DNA of 64,000 nucleotides, from NCBI RefSeq assembly GCF_044324875.1, contig NZ_CP172185.1. The stretch is one strand, 5' to 3'. How positions within the stretch are numbered: the stretch's first letter is position 1; each line of letters starts with the position of its first letter. The notes beneath the pieces were generated by a model. It was not told where the DNA came from. It saw only the letters and a program-made list of their open reading frames with translations, and did not search any database. Made by a program: the position numbers and the translations under genes. The stretch comes from Escherichia coli (lineage in GTDB: Bacteria > Pseudomonadota > Gammaproteobacteria > Enterobacterales > Enterobacteriaceae). Below, one piece after another: positions 48,767 to 59,783 of this stretch.

Positions 48767-48934
48767 AAATCCCTCTTAATTTCACGTATCGAATAACGTT
48801 GTTTTAATCTAGCTATGAGGAACAAATAAAATAAAAATATTATTTTTAATACTGAAGCAACATCTTTGGCTGCTTTCTTTTTAAATATTGCTGGCCGATT
48901 CATTTTCTGATATCGGCCATTTTTATTGTGGGTA

Positions 48935-49813
48935 TCAGGCCAGTTTATGGTTAGCCATTAATTCCAGCGCCTGCACTAACGCAGAGTGATCCAACTGGCT
49001 GCCACCGTTTGCCGCACAGGTATTAAACAATTCCTGGCAGGTCGCGGTGTTTGGCAGGTTCAGCGCCAGTGCTTTCGCACTTTGCAGTGCCAGGTTGAGA
49101 TCTTTCTGGTGCAGCGCAATTTTAAAACCTGGATTAAAGGTGCGTTTAATCATGCGCTCACCGTGAACTTCCAGAATACGTGAGGAAGCAAAGCCGCCCA
49201 TCAGCGCCTGGCGCACACGTACCGGATCTGCACCGGCTTTTGAAGCAAACAGCAGGGCTTCAGAAACCGCTTCAATATTGAGCGCCACGATAATCTGATT
49301 TGCCACTTTGCAGGTTTGACCGTCGCCGTTACCGCCCACGAGGGTGATATTTTTACCGAGCAGTTCAAACAGCGGTTTAACACGTTCAAATACCGCTTCG
49401 TCACCGCCAACCATAATCGACAACGTCCCTTCACGCGCGCCGATTTCACCGCCGGAGACTGGCGCATCGAGATAATCGCCGCCCAGTTCATTCACCTGAC
49501 GAGCGAAACGCTTAGTTTCAATCGGGGAAATGGAGCTCATATCAACAATGGTTTTGCCCTTCAGCGAGGCTTTAGTACAACCATTTTCACCAAACAGAAC
49601 TTCTTCAACCTGTGGCGTATCCGGCACCATAATAAAAATGATGTCCGATGCTTCCGTTACCTGGCGCGCAGTTTCAACACTGACGGCACCCAGTGACAGT
49701 AATTCATCAGCAACCGGACCAATGGTTGTGACATGCAGTTGATGACCGGCTCGCGCCAGATTAATGGCCATCGGTGTACCCATAATGCCTAAGCCAATAA
49801 ATCCCAGTTTCAT
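48935..49813 (-). CDS. glxR: Tartronate semialdehyde reductase GlxR
   Basis: 292 aa, NAD-binding GLGIMG motif. Confidence 0.95.
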   Translation of the reverse strand: MKLGFIGLGIMGTPMAINLARAGHQLHVTTIGPVADELLSLGAVSVETARQVTEASDIIFIMVPDTPQVEEVLFGENGCTKASLKGKTIVDMSSISPIETKRFARQVNELGGDYLDAPVSGGEIGAREGTLSIMVGGDEAVFERVKPLFELLGKNITLVGGNGDGQTCKVANQIIVALNIEAVSEALLFASKAGADPVRVRQALMGGFASSRILEVHGERMIKRTFNPGFKIALHQKDLNLALQSAKALALNLPNTATCQELFNTCAANGGSQLDHSALVQALELMANHKLA

Positions 49814-49912
49814 AATTAACCTCTTTTAAATTTCGCTTATCCTGAATTCAGACAACACGATCCCCTGCCAACTTAGCGGCCTAAAAAAGCATTGTCTGAA
49901 TAGCGTTACGTT

Positions 49913-50689
49913 TTAACGGTACGGATCCATCCAGCGTAAACCGGCTTCCGTGGTGGTTTGGGGTTTATATTCACACCCAACCCAACCGTTGTAGTCAGAA
50001 TTTTCGATTACCTTAAAGAGATAATCATAATTAATTTCTCCGGTCCCCGGTTCGCCGCGATGCGGATTATCGGCAATTTGCAGGTGACCAATTTTATCGG
50101 CCCATTGCGTCATAGTGTTGGTTAATTCACCTTCCATCCGCTGCATGTGATAAATGTCATACTGAATTTTCAAATTGCAGCAACCAACATCATCAATCAA
50201 TTTCAGCGCCTGCCGAGTTCCGGTGAGATAGAAACCATGAATATCAAAATGGTTAATAGGTTCAATCAGTAATAAAATATCTTCTTTCATCAGCATATTC
50301 GCGGCATAACGCAGGTTTTCTACAAGCGTTGCGTGAATCTGTTCACTGCTGAAACCAGCCGGCGTTTTACCGACCAGACAGTTAATTTTTTTATTACCCA
50401 GCGCACGGGCATAACGAATCGCTGCTGCTACGCCATCCCGAAACTCTTCTTCACGGCCAGGAATACAAGCAATACCCCGCTCGCCCGCCGCCCAGTCACC
50501 TGCCGGTAAATTGTGCAACGTATGTTCGAGTTTATTACTCGCCAGCACCTGTTTTAATTCTTCAATGTCATAGTCATAAGGGAACATAAATTCAACGCCG
50601 CGAAAACCACACTGAGCAGCTTTCTCAAAACGGGCGAGAAAATCATATTCACCAAATAACATCGATAAATTAGCAGAGAAACGTAACAT
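49913..50689 (-). CDS. hyi: Hydroxypyruvate isomerase Hyi
   Basis: 258 aa, recognised Hyi. Confidence 0.95.
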   Translation of the reverse strand: MLRFSANLSMLFGEYDFLARFEKAAQCGFRGVEFMFPYDYDIEELKQVLASNKLEHTLHNLPAGDWAAGERGIACIPGREEEFRDGVAAAIRYARALGNKKINCLVGKTPAGFSSEQIHATLVENLRYAANMLMKEDILLLIEPINHFDIHGFYLTGTRQALKLIDDVGCCNLKIQYDIYHMQRMEGELTNTMTQWADKIGHLQIADNPHRGEPGTGEINYDYLFKVIENSDYNGWVGCEYKPQTTTEAGLRWMDPYR

Positions 50690-50701
50690 TATTTATCTCC
50701 T

Positions 50702-52483
50702 TTATTCATAGTGCATGAAGCAGGTTTCAGTCGGTGCATCCACTGCGTTATCGGCGATATCTTCAAATTCCATGACATTATCCAGTTCGCTGCCCATCGA
50801 AATATTGGTCACACGCTCGAGAATAACTTCCACGACTACCGGTACCCGATATTGCGCCATTAAGGCTTTCGCCTGTTCAAAGGCTGGTGCAATATCATCC
50901 GGTTTGAAGACCCGAATAGCTTTACAACCTAAACCTTCCGCTACTTTTACGTGGTCGACGCCGTAACCGTTCACTTCGCTGGAGTTAATATTTTCGAACG
51001 CGAGCTGTACGCAGTAATCCATATCAAACGCGCGCTGCGACTGGCGAATCAGACCCAGATAGGCGTTATTGACCAGTACATGGATGTACGGAATGTTGAA
51101 CTGTGCGCCAACGGCTAATTCTTCAATCAGGAACTGGAAGTCGAAGTCACCGGAAATCGCCACCACATTGCGCTCTGGATCAGCGGCACACACGCCCAGC
51201 GCCGCCGGAATGGTCCAGCCCAACGGGCCTGCCTGCCCACAGTTGATCCAGTGGCGGTCTTTAAAGACATGCAGCATTTGTGCCGCAGCGATTTGTGACA
51301 GGCCAATGGTGGTGACATAACAAACATCGCGACCAAAGGCTTTGTTCATCTCTTCATACACGCGCTGCGGTTTCACCGGCACGTTGTCGAAGTGGGTTTT
51401 GCGCAGCAAAGTGCGTTTGCGCTGCTGGCAGTCGGCGACCCATTCTTTACGACACGGCAGACGACCCGCTTTTTGCATCTCCTGCGCCACTTCAACCAGC
51501 AGTGTCAGCGCCGCTTTAGCATCAGAGACAATGCCGAGATCCGGACACAGCACGCGGCCAATTTGCGTCGGCTCAATATCGATATGAACGATTTTGCGCC
51601 CTTCGGTGTATTTCTCTACCGAACCGGTATGACGGTTCGCAAAACGGTTACCGATACCAAACACCATGTCGGACGCCAGTAGCGTTGCGTTACCGTAACG
51701 ATGCGCGGTTTGCAGACCCACCATCCCGGCCATCAGTTCATGATCGTCGGGAATACAGCCCCAGCCCATCAGCGTTGGGATCACCGGAACGCTGGTCAGT
51801 TCAGCAAACTGTTGTAACAGTGCAGCAGCGTCAGCATTGATTACCCCGCCCCCGGCAACAATCACCGGACGTTCGGCCTGGATTAACATTTCTACAGCTT
51901 TTTCGATCTGCATACGGCTGGCTGCAGGTTTGTAGACCGGCAGCGGTTCGTACATGTCAGGATCAAACTCGATTTCCGCAACCTGAACGTCGAACGGTAA
52001 ATCCACCAGTACCGGACCCGGGCGACCAGAACGCATCAGGTGAAACGCCTGTTGCAGCACACGAGGCACCAGCGCCGCTTCACGAACTGTAACCGCCATT
52101 TTGCTGACCGGTTTAGCAATTGCTTCAATATCAACGGCCTGGAAATCTTCTTTATGCAGACGGGCGCGCGGAGCCTGGCCGGTAATACACAGAATAGGAA
52201 TGGAATCAGCAGAAGCGGAATAGAGCGCGGTGATCATGTCCGTGCCCGCAGGACCGGAAGTCCCCAGACATACGCCGATATTCCCTGCCGTTGCGCGGGT
52301 ATAACCTTCCGCCATGTGCGAAGCACCTTCCACATGACGCGCCAGAATGTGACGAATACCGCCGTGCTTACGCATCGCTGAATAGAACGGATTGATTGCT
52401 GCTCCCGGAACGCCGAAGGCGGTGGTGATACCTTCTTTCTCCAGCACATACATTGCCGCGTCAACGGCTCTCATTTTTGCCAT
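50702..52483 (-). CDS. gcl: Glyoxylate carboligase (tartronate-semialdehyde synthase) Gcl
   Basis: Start at internal Met [18 protein letters not shown]..., 593 aa, ThDP enzyme. Confidence 0.95.
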   Translation of the reverse strand: MAKMRAVDAAMYVLEKEGITTAFGVPGAAINPFYSAMRKHGGIRHILARHVEGASHMAEGYTRATAGNIGVCLGTSGPAGTDMITALYSASADSIPILCITGQAPRARLHKEDFQAVDIEAIAKPVSKMAVTVREAALVPRVLQQAFHLMRSGRPGPVLVDLPFDVQVAEIEFDPDMYEPLPVYKPAASRMQIEKAVEMLIQAERPVIVAGGGVINADAAALLQQFAELTSVPVIPTLMGWGCIPDDHELMAGMVGLQTAHRYGNATLLASDMVFGIGNRFANRHTGSVEKYTEGRKIVHIDIEPTQIGRVLCPDLGIVSDAKAALTLLVEVAQEMQKAGRLPCRKEWVADCQQRKRTLLRKTHFDNVPVKPQRVYEEMNKAFGRDVCYVTTIGLSQIAAAQMLHVFKDRHWINCGQAGPLGWTIPAALGVCAADPERNVVAISGDFDFQFLIEELAVGAQFNIPYIHVLVNNAYLGLIRQSQRAFDMDYCVQLAFENINSSEVNGYGVDHVKVAEGLGCKAIRVFKPDDIAPAFEQAKALMAQYRVPVVVEVILERVTNISMGSELDNVMEFEDIADNAVDAPTETCFMHYE

Positions 52484-52503
52484 TTTATTCCTACCTCTAT
52501 TAA

Positions 52504-52520
52504 TTGGAAAAATTTTCCAA
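52504..52520. promoter_or_regulatory. AllR operator in the gcl promoter
   Basis: Perfect palindrome TTGGAAAAATTTTCCAA, 20-40 bp upstream of the gcl start. Confidence 0.75.
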
Positions 52521-52535
52521 CTTTCAAATTTTGTC

Positions 52536-52560
52536 AAAAAAACCCGCTCCGCAGAGCGGG
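52536..52560 (-). terminator. Rho-independent terminator of allR
   Basis: On the reverse strand, hairpin CCCGCTCTGCGGAGCGGG followed by TTTTTTT, right after the allR stop. Confidence 0.7.
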
Positions 52561-52572
52561 ATGCGACAGACA

Positions 52573-53388
52573 CTATGGATGTGCTTTCAGTCCCAACGCC
52601 GTGCTGATATCGCGGGCGGTGTCTCTGACCAGCTCACCCTGACTGACAAAACGATCTTCTGTCAGTCTTGATGAAGGCCCGGAGATGGAGATAGCGGCAA
52701 CAACGCTACCTACATCATCGTAAATTGCTGAAGCTATACAATTCAGGCCGACAACATGCTCTTCTTTATCTACGGTATAGCCCAGTTCACGCGCTTGTTC
52801 CAGGTCCTTCAGCAAGGTGGGCATATCCACAAGCGTAGTTGGCGTAAACTGCTGCAAACCGGTTTGCAGAATGATGCTCATCAACTCCTCTTCCGCCAGC
52901 GGATAAAGCAGCGCTTTGCCCGCACCGGAAGCATGCAGCGGCAGACGACTGCCCAGTGGCGCGCACATCCTGACCATCGATTTACACTCTAACTGACCAA
53001 TTAATACCGCTTCATTACCGTTACGGATCGCGACATTGACCGTTTCGCCGGAAAGTAACATCAGGCGGCGCATAAACGGCCCGGCGACGGAGAGGACATC
53101 GCGGTTATGGATGTACGCCGCACCGACGTTAAAGACACCTAATCCTATATGCCACCAGCCTAACTGACTGTCCTGATAGACAAAATCCGCTGCCTGTAAA
53201 ACCTTCAGCAAGCGAAAGGTCGTGGAGAGCGGCAAATCCAGATTGAGAGAAATATCGCTAACCGACGAACTTCCCCCACTTTTTTCCAGATATTGCAGAA
53301 TCGCAATTCCCCGCTCTAACGCCTGTGCGCCCTTCTGTGCCACAGGCTCCGCCTGTCCTGGCCTGCCGCGCCGTCTAACTTCCGTCAT
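52573..53388 (-). CDS. allR: Allantoin/glyoxylate repressor AllR (IclR family)
   Basis: 271 aa, recognised AllR. Confidence 0.95.
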
Positions 53389-53465
53389 ACCTACGTTAAC
53401 TCCGACCTACAAGTGAGCATAAACAATGAACAATTAGTTTATCTTATGCAAGTCGGTTGCAGGCG

Positions 53466-53948
53466 TCACGCAAAACAGAGTTCCTGTTCAGGAATACTTT
53501 CAACATCACAGTTGTCACTGCCGCCGCGATCGATGGTCAGAAAATCGGTGACGCGCTGCCAGGCGAAAAGTGGGTGATGCCAGACGTTACGATGGTAATT
53601 CACTCCCTGTTCGCCGTTGGTAATAAACGCCCGCAGAGTTGACAGGTCTAGTTTGTCGTCACCTAACGCCACGACCACCACAAACACTTCACCTTTCATC
53701 GGGATAAAGGCCTGAGTACCCAGCGGATGACGTTCGAGTTCGTGAATGGTCAGCGGCAGATTCGCCGGTTGCGCGCGGTTAATGCTGATAAGCGTACGGT
53801 CTTGCTCAAGAATCTCAACCAGCGCCAAATCGTGGTAACGCTCCACCAGTCCATTGTTAATATGGAAAAAATCCCGTTTCTGCGTTTCGATTACGTCGCC
53901 ATAAGCACTAAAGGCTTCCTGACTTAACGGTAATACCTGAAGTTTCAT
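53466..53948 (-). CDS. allA: Ureidoglycolate lyase AllA
   Basis: 160 aa, recognised AllA. Confidence 0.95.
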   Translation of the reverse strand: MKLQVLPLSQEAFSAYGDVIETQKRDFFHINNGLVERYHDLALVEILEQDRTLISINRAQPANLPLTIHELERHPLGTQAFIPMKGEVFVVVVALGDDKLDLSTLRAFITNGEQGVNYHRNVWHHPLFAWQRVTDFLTIDRGGSDNCDVESIPEQELCFA

Positions 53949-54053
53949 CTTTTTGTCCTTATAACATAATTCCGTTCAACCACCGCCGACCGGTCAGCTT
54001 GGTTTCAATAACAGGCAATCTAAAACCTTAAGAGAACAACATCAACACAAAAG

Positions 54054-54070
54054 TTGGAATATTTTTCCAA
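54054..54070. promoter_or_regulatory. AllR operator in the divergent allA-allS intergenic region
   Basis: TTGGAATATTTTTCCAA, one mismatch from the perfect palindrome seen at the gcl promoter. Confidence 0.7.
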
Positions 54071-54177
54071 AACTAGATTTAGCCCACAAATTGAACAGGG
54101 TTATCATGTAAAAATACTGATAAATCAGAGGATAAGAAAATCACGCAACTTGCGGATTTAAAAGGGGATACCTGAAG

Positions 54178-55104
54178 ATGTTCGATCCAGAAACCTTGCG
54201 GACTTTCATTGCTGTTGCTGAAACAGGAAGTTTTTCAAAAGCGGCAGAACGATTATGTAAAACCACGGCGACAATCAGTTATCGCATTAAACTTCTGGAA
54301 GAGAATACCGGAGTGGCGCTGTTTTTCCGCACGACTCGCAGCGTGACGTTGACAGCGGCTGGCGAGCATCTACTTTCTCAGGCCAGAGACTGGCTGAGCT
54401 GGCTGGAAAGTATGCCCAGCGAGCTGCAACAGGTGAATGATGGTGTGGAACGCCAGGTGAATATTGTCATCAACAACCTGCTCTACAACCCCCAGGCCGT
54501 CGCCCAGCTGCTGGCGTGGCTGAATGAGCGTTACCCCTTTACCCAGTTTCACATCTCCCGACAAATCTATATGGGCGTCTGGGACTCGCTATTGTACGAA
54601 GGTTTTTCGCTGGCTATCGGCGTCACGGGAACTGAGGCGCTGGCAAATACCTTTAGTCTTGATCCCTTAGGATCGGTGCAATGGCGCTTTGTCATAGCGG
54701 CGGATCATCCGCTGGCGAACGTTGAAGAGCCGCTAACAGAAGCTCAGTTGCGTCGCTTTCCGGCGGTCAATATTGAAGACAGCGCCCGCACCTTAACCAA
54801 ACGCGTCGCCTGGCGATTGCCAGGGCAAAAAGAGATTATTGTTCCTGATATGGAAACGAAAATCGCCGCCCATCTGGCGGGCGTTGGCATTGGTTTTTTG
54901 CCAAAATCACTTTGCCAGTCAATGATCGATAATCAACAACTGGTCAGCCGGGTAATCCCAACGATGCGCCCTCCTTCGCCATTGAGTCTGGCATGGCGCA
55001 AATTTGGCAGCGGCAAAGCGGTAGAAGATATTGTGACCTTGTTTACCCAACGCAGGCCGGAAATCAGCGGATTTTTAGAAATTTTCGGCAACCCACGCAG
55101 TTAA
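54178..55104 (+). CDS. allS: LysR-family activator of allantoin utilisation AllS
   Basis: 308 aa, LysR HTH plus substrate-binding domain. Confidence 0.95.
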   Translation: MFDPETLRTFIAVAETGSFSKAAERLCKTTATISYRIKLLEENTGVALFFRTTRSVTLTAAGEHLLSQARDWLSWLESMPSELQQVNDGVERQVNIVINNLLYNPQAVAQLLAWLNERYPFTQFHISRQIYMGVWDSLLYEGFSLAIGVTGTEALANTFSLDPLGSVQWRFVIAADHPLANVEEPLTEAQLRRFPAVNIEDSARTLTKRVAWRLPGQKEIIVPDMETKIAAHLAGVGIGFLPKSLCQSMIDNQQLVSRVIPTMRPPSPLSLAWRKFGSGKAVEDIVTLFTQRRPEISGFLEIFGNPRS

Positions 55105-55157
55105 AAATCAAGTTTCCTTGCGCGTTGGCGCGTAAAATAGCGCGCAAGCTGATTTGA

Positions 55158-56279
<1,122 letters not shown>

Positions 56280-56330
56280 CCCACAAAAATGCTTTTCCGT
56301 TCCTCTTTAATAAATTGTGCAACTGGTTAA

Positions 56331-56999
56331 CTACCAGTTGCCATAGGGATATTTTTTATCTTTGATAAACTCAAGTACATATTCATCGTCTCCAAGAGAA
56401 AAATCATGCCGGGAAATTCCTTTACACATTTCCATTTTTTCACCTGAAACCGTTTCTATCAGAATCTGCTTATCCGTCAGGCGAATATTGGGCTTGTCAG
56501 GTTTCTCCAGCCATACGCGTACTTTTCCTTCTGGAGCCAGACCGATTAACAGATACCGCAGATAATACTTTTCACTGCCACCGCCTGGTGGTGAATAAGG
56601 TGTGAGCATCAATTTCCAGACGTCTCCCGCCAGCGTTATCCAGGTTTCATACACTTTTTTATCAATCACTGAATCCCAGCAGAAATGGATAGACATAGGG
56701 GGATTTTTGGCTTTATTGAATGATAACACCCCAACCCGAAGATTATCTCTCCACTGACCAATAGTAGTGGAACTCGGAGCGGTAGCATCCAGCGTTCTGA
56801 ACTGATAATAGATACCATCAGTGTCCAATAGTTCTACATAGGTAACTTGTGCTGGTAGCGCATTAGGGTAGAAAAAAAGGAAATACCATTCATCATAGGG
56901 TGCAAGCAGTGATATTTTTTCTTTCGCTGCTGTCTGGACTGATCCGGCTATCATTAACGCAATGGTTAATCTATAAATTATTTTAGCTGTTATTTTCAT
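56331..56999 (-). CDS. Putative periplasmic immunity protein, paralog 2 (orphan immunity candidate)
   Basis: 222 aa with Sec signal peptide (MKITAKIIYRLTIALMIAGSVQTAAKEK); C-terminal half nearly identical to the upstream paralog; sits 3' of the Tle1-like effector. Confidence 0.65.
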   Translation of the reverse strand: MKITAKIIYRLTIALMIAGSVQTAAKEKISLLAPYDEWYFLFFYPNALPAQVTYVELLDTDGIYYQFRTLDATAPSSTTIGQWRDNLRVGVLSFNKAKNPPMSIHFCWDSVIDKKVYETWITLAGDVWKLMLTPYSPPGGGSEKYYLRYLLIGLAPEGKVRVWLEKPDKPNIRLTDKQILIETVSGEKMEMCKGISRHDFSLGDDEYVLEFIKDKKYPYGNW

Positions 57000-57005
57000 T
57001 GTTAC

Positions 57006-57665
57006 TTACCAGTTACCATAGGGATATTTTTTATCTTTGATAAACTCAAGAACATATTCATCGTCTCCAAGAGAAAAATCATGCCGGGAAATTCCTTTAC
57101 ACATTTCCATTTTTTCACCTGAAACCGTTTCTATCAGAATCTGCTTATCCGTCAGGCGAATATTGGGTTTGTCACGTTTATTAAGCCATACCCGTACTTT
57201 TCCTTCCGGAGCCAGCCCGATTAACAGAAACCGCAGATAATACTTTTCACTGCCACCGCATGGTGGTGAATAAGGTGTGAGCATCAATTTCCAGACGTCT
57301 CCCGCCAGTGTTATCCAGGTTTCATACACTTTTTTATCAATCACTGAATCCCAGCAAAAATGGATAGACATTGGTGGGTTTTTGGCTTTATTAAAAACTG
57401 ACGACATCCCTGATACTTTCTCGCTCCATTGTCCAACACTTCCTGGACTGGCATTGGTACTGGCCAGCGTTCTGAACTGATAATAGATGCCATCGGTATC
57501 TAATAATTCCACATAGGTAACTTGTGCTGGTAGGGAATCAGGGTAGAAAAAATTGAAATACCACTCATCATAGGGTGCAAGCAACAATATTTTTTCTTTC
57601 GCTGCTGCGTTAAAGTTAAGAACCATAGACGTAATAACAAACAGTAATTTTATATTAAATTCCAT
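57006..57665 (-). CDS. Putative periplasmic immunity protein, paralog 1 (likely cognate to the adjacent Tle1-like effector)
   Basis: Start at internal ATG 57665 (MEFNIKLLFVITSMVLNFNAAAKEK, signal peptide); this start overlaps the effector stop as ATGGAATTTAA; about 219 aa. Confidence 0.7.
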   Translation of the reverse strand: MEFNIKLLFVITSMVLNFNAAAKEKILLLAPYDEWYFNFFYPDSLPAQVTYVELLDTDGIYYQFRTLASTNASPGSVGQWSEKVSGMSSVFNKAKNPPMSIHFCWDSVIDKKVYETWITLAGDVWKLMLTPYSPPCGGSEKYYLRFLLIGLAPEGKVRVWLNKRDKPNIRLTDKQILIETVSGEKMEMCKGISRHDFSLGDDEYVLEFIKDKKYPYGNW

Positions 57666-59658
57666 TTTGTTTATTCCCTTGCATATCGTATATAGTTCTG
57701 GTCCAATTTTCATCCGGCCGATTAACAAAACTAAACGTCTTAAACGCTGATACTTCAGCAGACACCTTATTTTTTAATCGATAATCGACGGTATTCCAGT
57801 TGGAAGAACAGTGTAAATATTTCCCAATGGTTTTAAGCTCATCATCAGAAAAAGGCATCGGCGCTGTACACAAGAGAACGGCTTTACCCTGAGAAATTGC
57901 TTTTTCACATATTACCTTTAAATGACTGGGAACTTTTAATTCCTTATCAGCAACAGAAATGGCATCAAATACTACCCCTGCCTCTTTAGCGACTTCATAC
58001 ATTACTCTTAACGCAATCTTTGACCAGTCATTGGTGATCGTTCTGCGAAATGTCACCGCTGCAGCGACCCGTTTTCTCACATTACCTAAGTGGTCAGGCG
58101 ACGCTATTTCATCAATATTGGATTCAATTTTTAGGACACCAGAAGGCAGAATCGGAGCCAGCGTCGAATAGCGCCACAATAACTCTGCCTGCTGTACTGC
58201 TTTTTGGTAAGCGCTTGTCGCTTCCATCGGCACATTTCCCAGTACCGTTTCAATCGCCGGGCGACTTAAAAACAGGTACTCATCTTCCTGTGGGTCATAA
58301 CCGCCACCAATATCAGCATGTGATCCAGGGAAACTTAATTCTGGCCAGCTTTCCTTTATGCTGTTGAGGCAAAAGTTATAGCGACATTCGTTCATTGCTG
58401 TGAGCTGGAATACATGTTTGGCCACACCTGGCGGTAACTTCACTTTTACCGGAAAGTTATTACCATCATGAGGGTCAAAACCATCCATCAGCCCTCCGAT
58501 GGCTGCAACTGTGTCAAAAATACCTAAAAATTGCACTTCCCCGGAAGGTTTACCTAAATATTCAACTGACTGAAATGCCGTCGCAATGGTTTTAATCAGT
58601 ACGGGATCACGTTCAAATACGCGATTAGTAAAGTGCCGTGCGGCTGCCGCCCCACGACTAAAGCCAAATACGTCAAACTGTAGACGCTTAATTACTAGTT
58701 TAGCATCCTTTAAATCAACAATAATCTCTGCCAGTGTCTCACGAAGCAGTGATATCGCACGGTCAGTTTTGGCAATTACCCCAGTATCATTATTTCCTAG
58801 CCCCATTCCTACCAGAGAGTCTGCTTTATTATTTTCAGTGCCAATACCTTCAATATATATTTTTTCCTGAATATTAAATACATCATCATCTAAAACTAAT
58901 TGCCGATGATACAACTCATTCAACCAATGAATATTCGTATAGTAATTCAAATAGCTCTGTACTCCGGATCCCGTTTTACCCTGCTTGCTCATACATTGTT
59001 TATTAAACGAGGCCAAATCCTGGACATCCAGACCATAGGTTTCTGGTTGGCAAAAACTCATACGTAAATTCGTATTGGTTAAATTGTTTCCTGTGCCATC
59101 AAAGAATACGCCAATGGTGAGGATAATTTCTCGTTCAGGCGGTATTTCTGGTTTTTCCTCAACAGGTAAGAGCGTCGGTGGGAAAAGGCGATTATAATTT
59201 TCAGGTGTGAGTAAATAACTAAATTCTGTATTGGCTGTAAGATGCTTACAGTAGATATATTTGTAGTGTATTGTTATATATTGATAGTCGAGTTCATTTT
59301 CTTTTATTATAATCTGATTCTGAGTTAACGTTGCACCGCGGACTTCAATATAATAATAACTTTCCCATTTCCCATATTTATTAATACGATAAAAATCAAA
59401 CTCAAAACGGCATCGTTCGTTATTATTAATGCAATTCATCAGCAGCGGTGAGCTTTTATCGAGAATTTTACAAAATTGTATCGCTTGATGATTAATGCCA
59501 AATCCTGTATTACTCACTCCTCCCTGAAAACTAAAAACAAATATTTCATCTTCATGTCCCTGTTGATACCGATTCCCGACAGAGGCTTGCGTCCCGCATC
59601 CTGCAGAAATATTACCTTGTTGCTCCCCTGTAATGCGTAAATATATAATGTCACCCAT
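57655..59658 (-). CDS. Hcp-domain / DUF2235 (Tle1-like phospholipase) fusion protein, a putative T6SS Hcp-linked effector, 667 aa
   Basis: N-terminal ~155 aa match the Hcp/TssD family (IYLRITGEQQGNISAGCGTQASVGNRYQQGHEDEIFV..., KSSPLL motif). A Pro-rich linker (PPTLLPVEEKPEIPPERE) follows, then DUF2235 hallmarks: FFDGTGNN, nucleophile elbow GFSRGA, FDTVAA and HADIGGGY. Confidence 0.85.
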   Translation of the reverse strand: MGDIIYLRITGEQQGNISAGCGTQASVGNRYQQGHEDEIFVFSFQGGVSNTGFGINHQAIQFCKILDKSSPLLMNCINNNERCRFEFDFYRINKYGKWESYYYIEVRGATLTQNQIIIKENELDYQYITIHYKYIYCKHLTANTEFSYLLTPENYNRLFPPTLLPVEEKPEIPPEREIILTIGVFFDGTGNNLTNTNLRMSFCQPETYGLDVQDLASFNKQCMSKQGKTGSGVQSYLNYYTNIHWLNELYHRQLVLDDDVFNIQEKIYIEGIGTENNKADSLVGMGLGNNDTGVIAKTDRAISLLRETLAEIIVDLKDAKLVIKRLQFDVFGFSRGAAAARHFTNRVFERDPVLIKTIATAFQSVEYLGKPSGEVQFLGIFDTVAAIGGLMDGFDPHDGNNFPVKVKLPPGVAKHVFQLTAMNECRYNFCLNSIKESWPELSFPGSHADIGGGYDPQEDEYLFLSRPAIETVLGNVPMEATSAYQKAVQQAELLWRYSTLAPILPSGVLKIESNIDEIASPDHLGNVRKRVAAAVTFRRTITNDWSKIALRVMYEVAKEAGVVFDAISVADKELKVPSHLKVICEKAISQGKAVLLCTAPMPFSDDELKTIGKYLHCSSNWNTVDYRLKNKVSAEVSAFKTFSFVNRPDENWTRTIYDMQGNKQNGI

Positions 59659-59783
59659 ATGATTACACCCATTCCATAGATTTTAATTATATAATATAAA
59701 CTTAATAAACATCTCATTTGGCAATGTATATTAATTATATGTTTGGGCATAACAATTTTTTAATTACGTGATGCACTAATAAT

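Larger units (their letters stand above)
56331..57665. repeat. Tandem direct duplication (two ~665-bp immunity-gene units)
   Basis: 56331..56700 and 57006..57370 are near-identical at the DNA level; the two units diverge mainly in a central patch and at the 5' ends. Confidence 0.85.

Noticed and set aside
48767-48934. Plus-strand hairpin CTGGCCGAT...ATCGGCCAG in the ybbW-glxR intergenic region as a terminator
   Set aside because: Both flanking genes are on the minus strand and the hairpin lacks a T-run in the orientation that would terminate them; more likely part of the ybbW promoter/operator region.
57006-57728. 240-aa immunity ORF starting at MLIGRMKIGPELYTICKGINK
   Set aside because: The first 21 codons overlap the effector C-terminus; the internal Met at 57665 gives a signal peptide equivalent to the paralog's N-terminus, so the shorter gene model is preferred.
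57655-59658. The 667-aa protein as an Rhs or VgrG-type toxin (by analogy with K-12 RhsD at this locus)
   Set aside because: No YD/RHS repeats, no gp27/gp5-like VgrG regions and far too short; the N-terminus is clearly Hcp-like and the C-terminus DUF2235-like.
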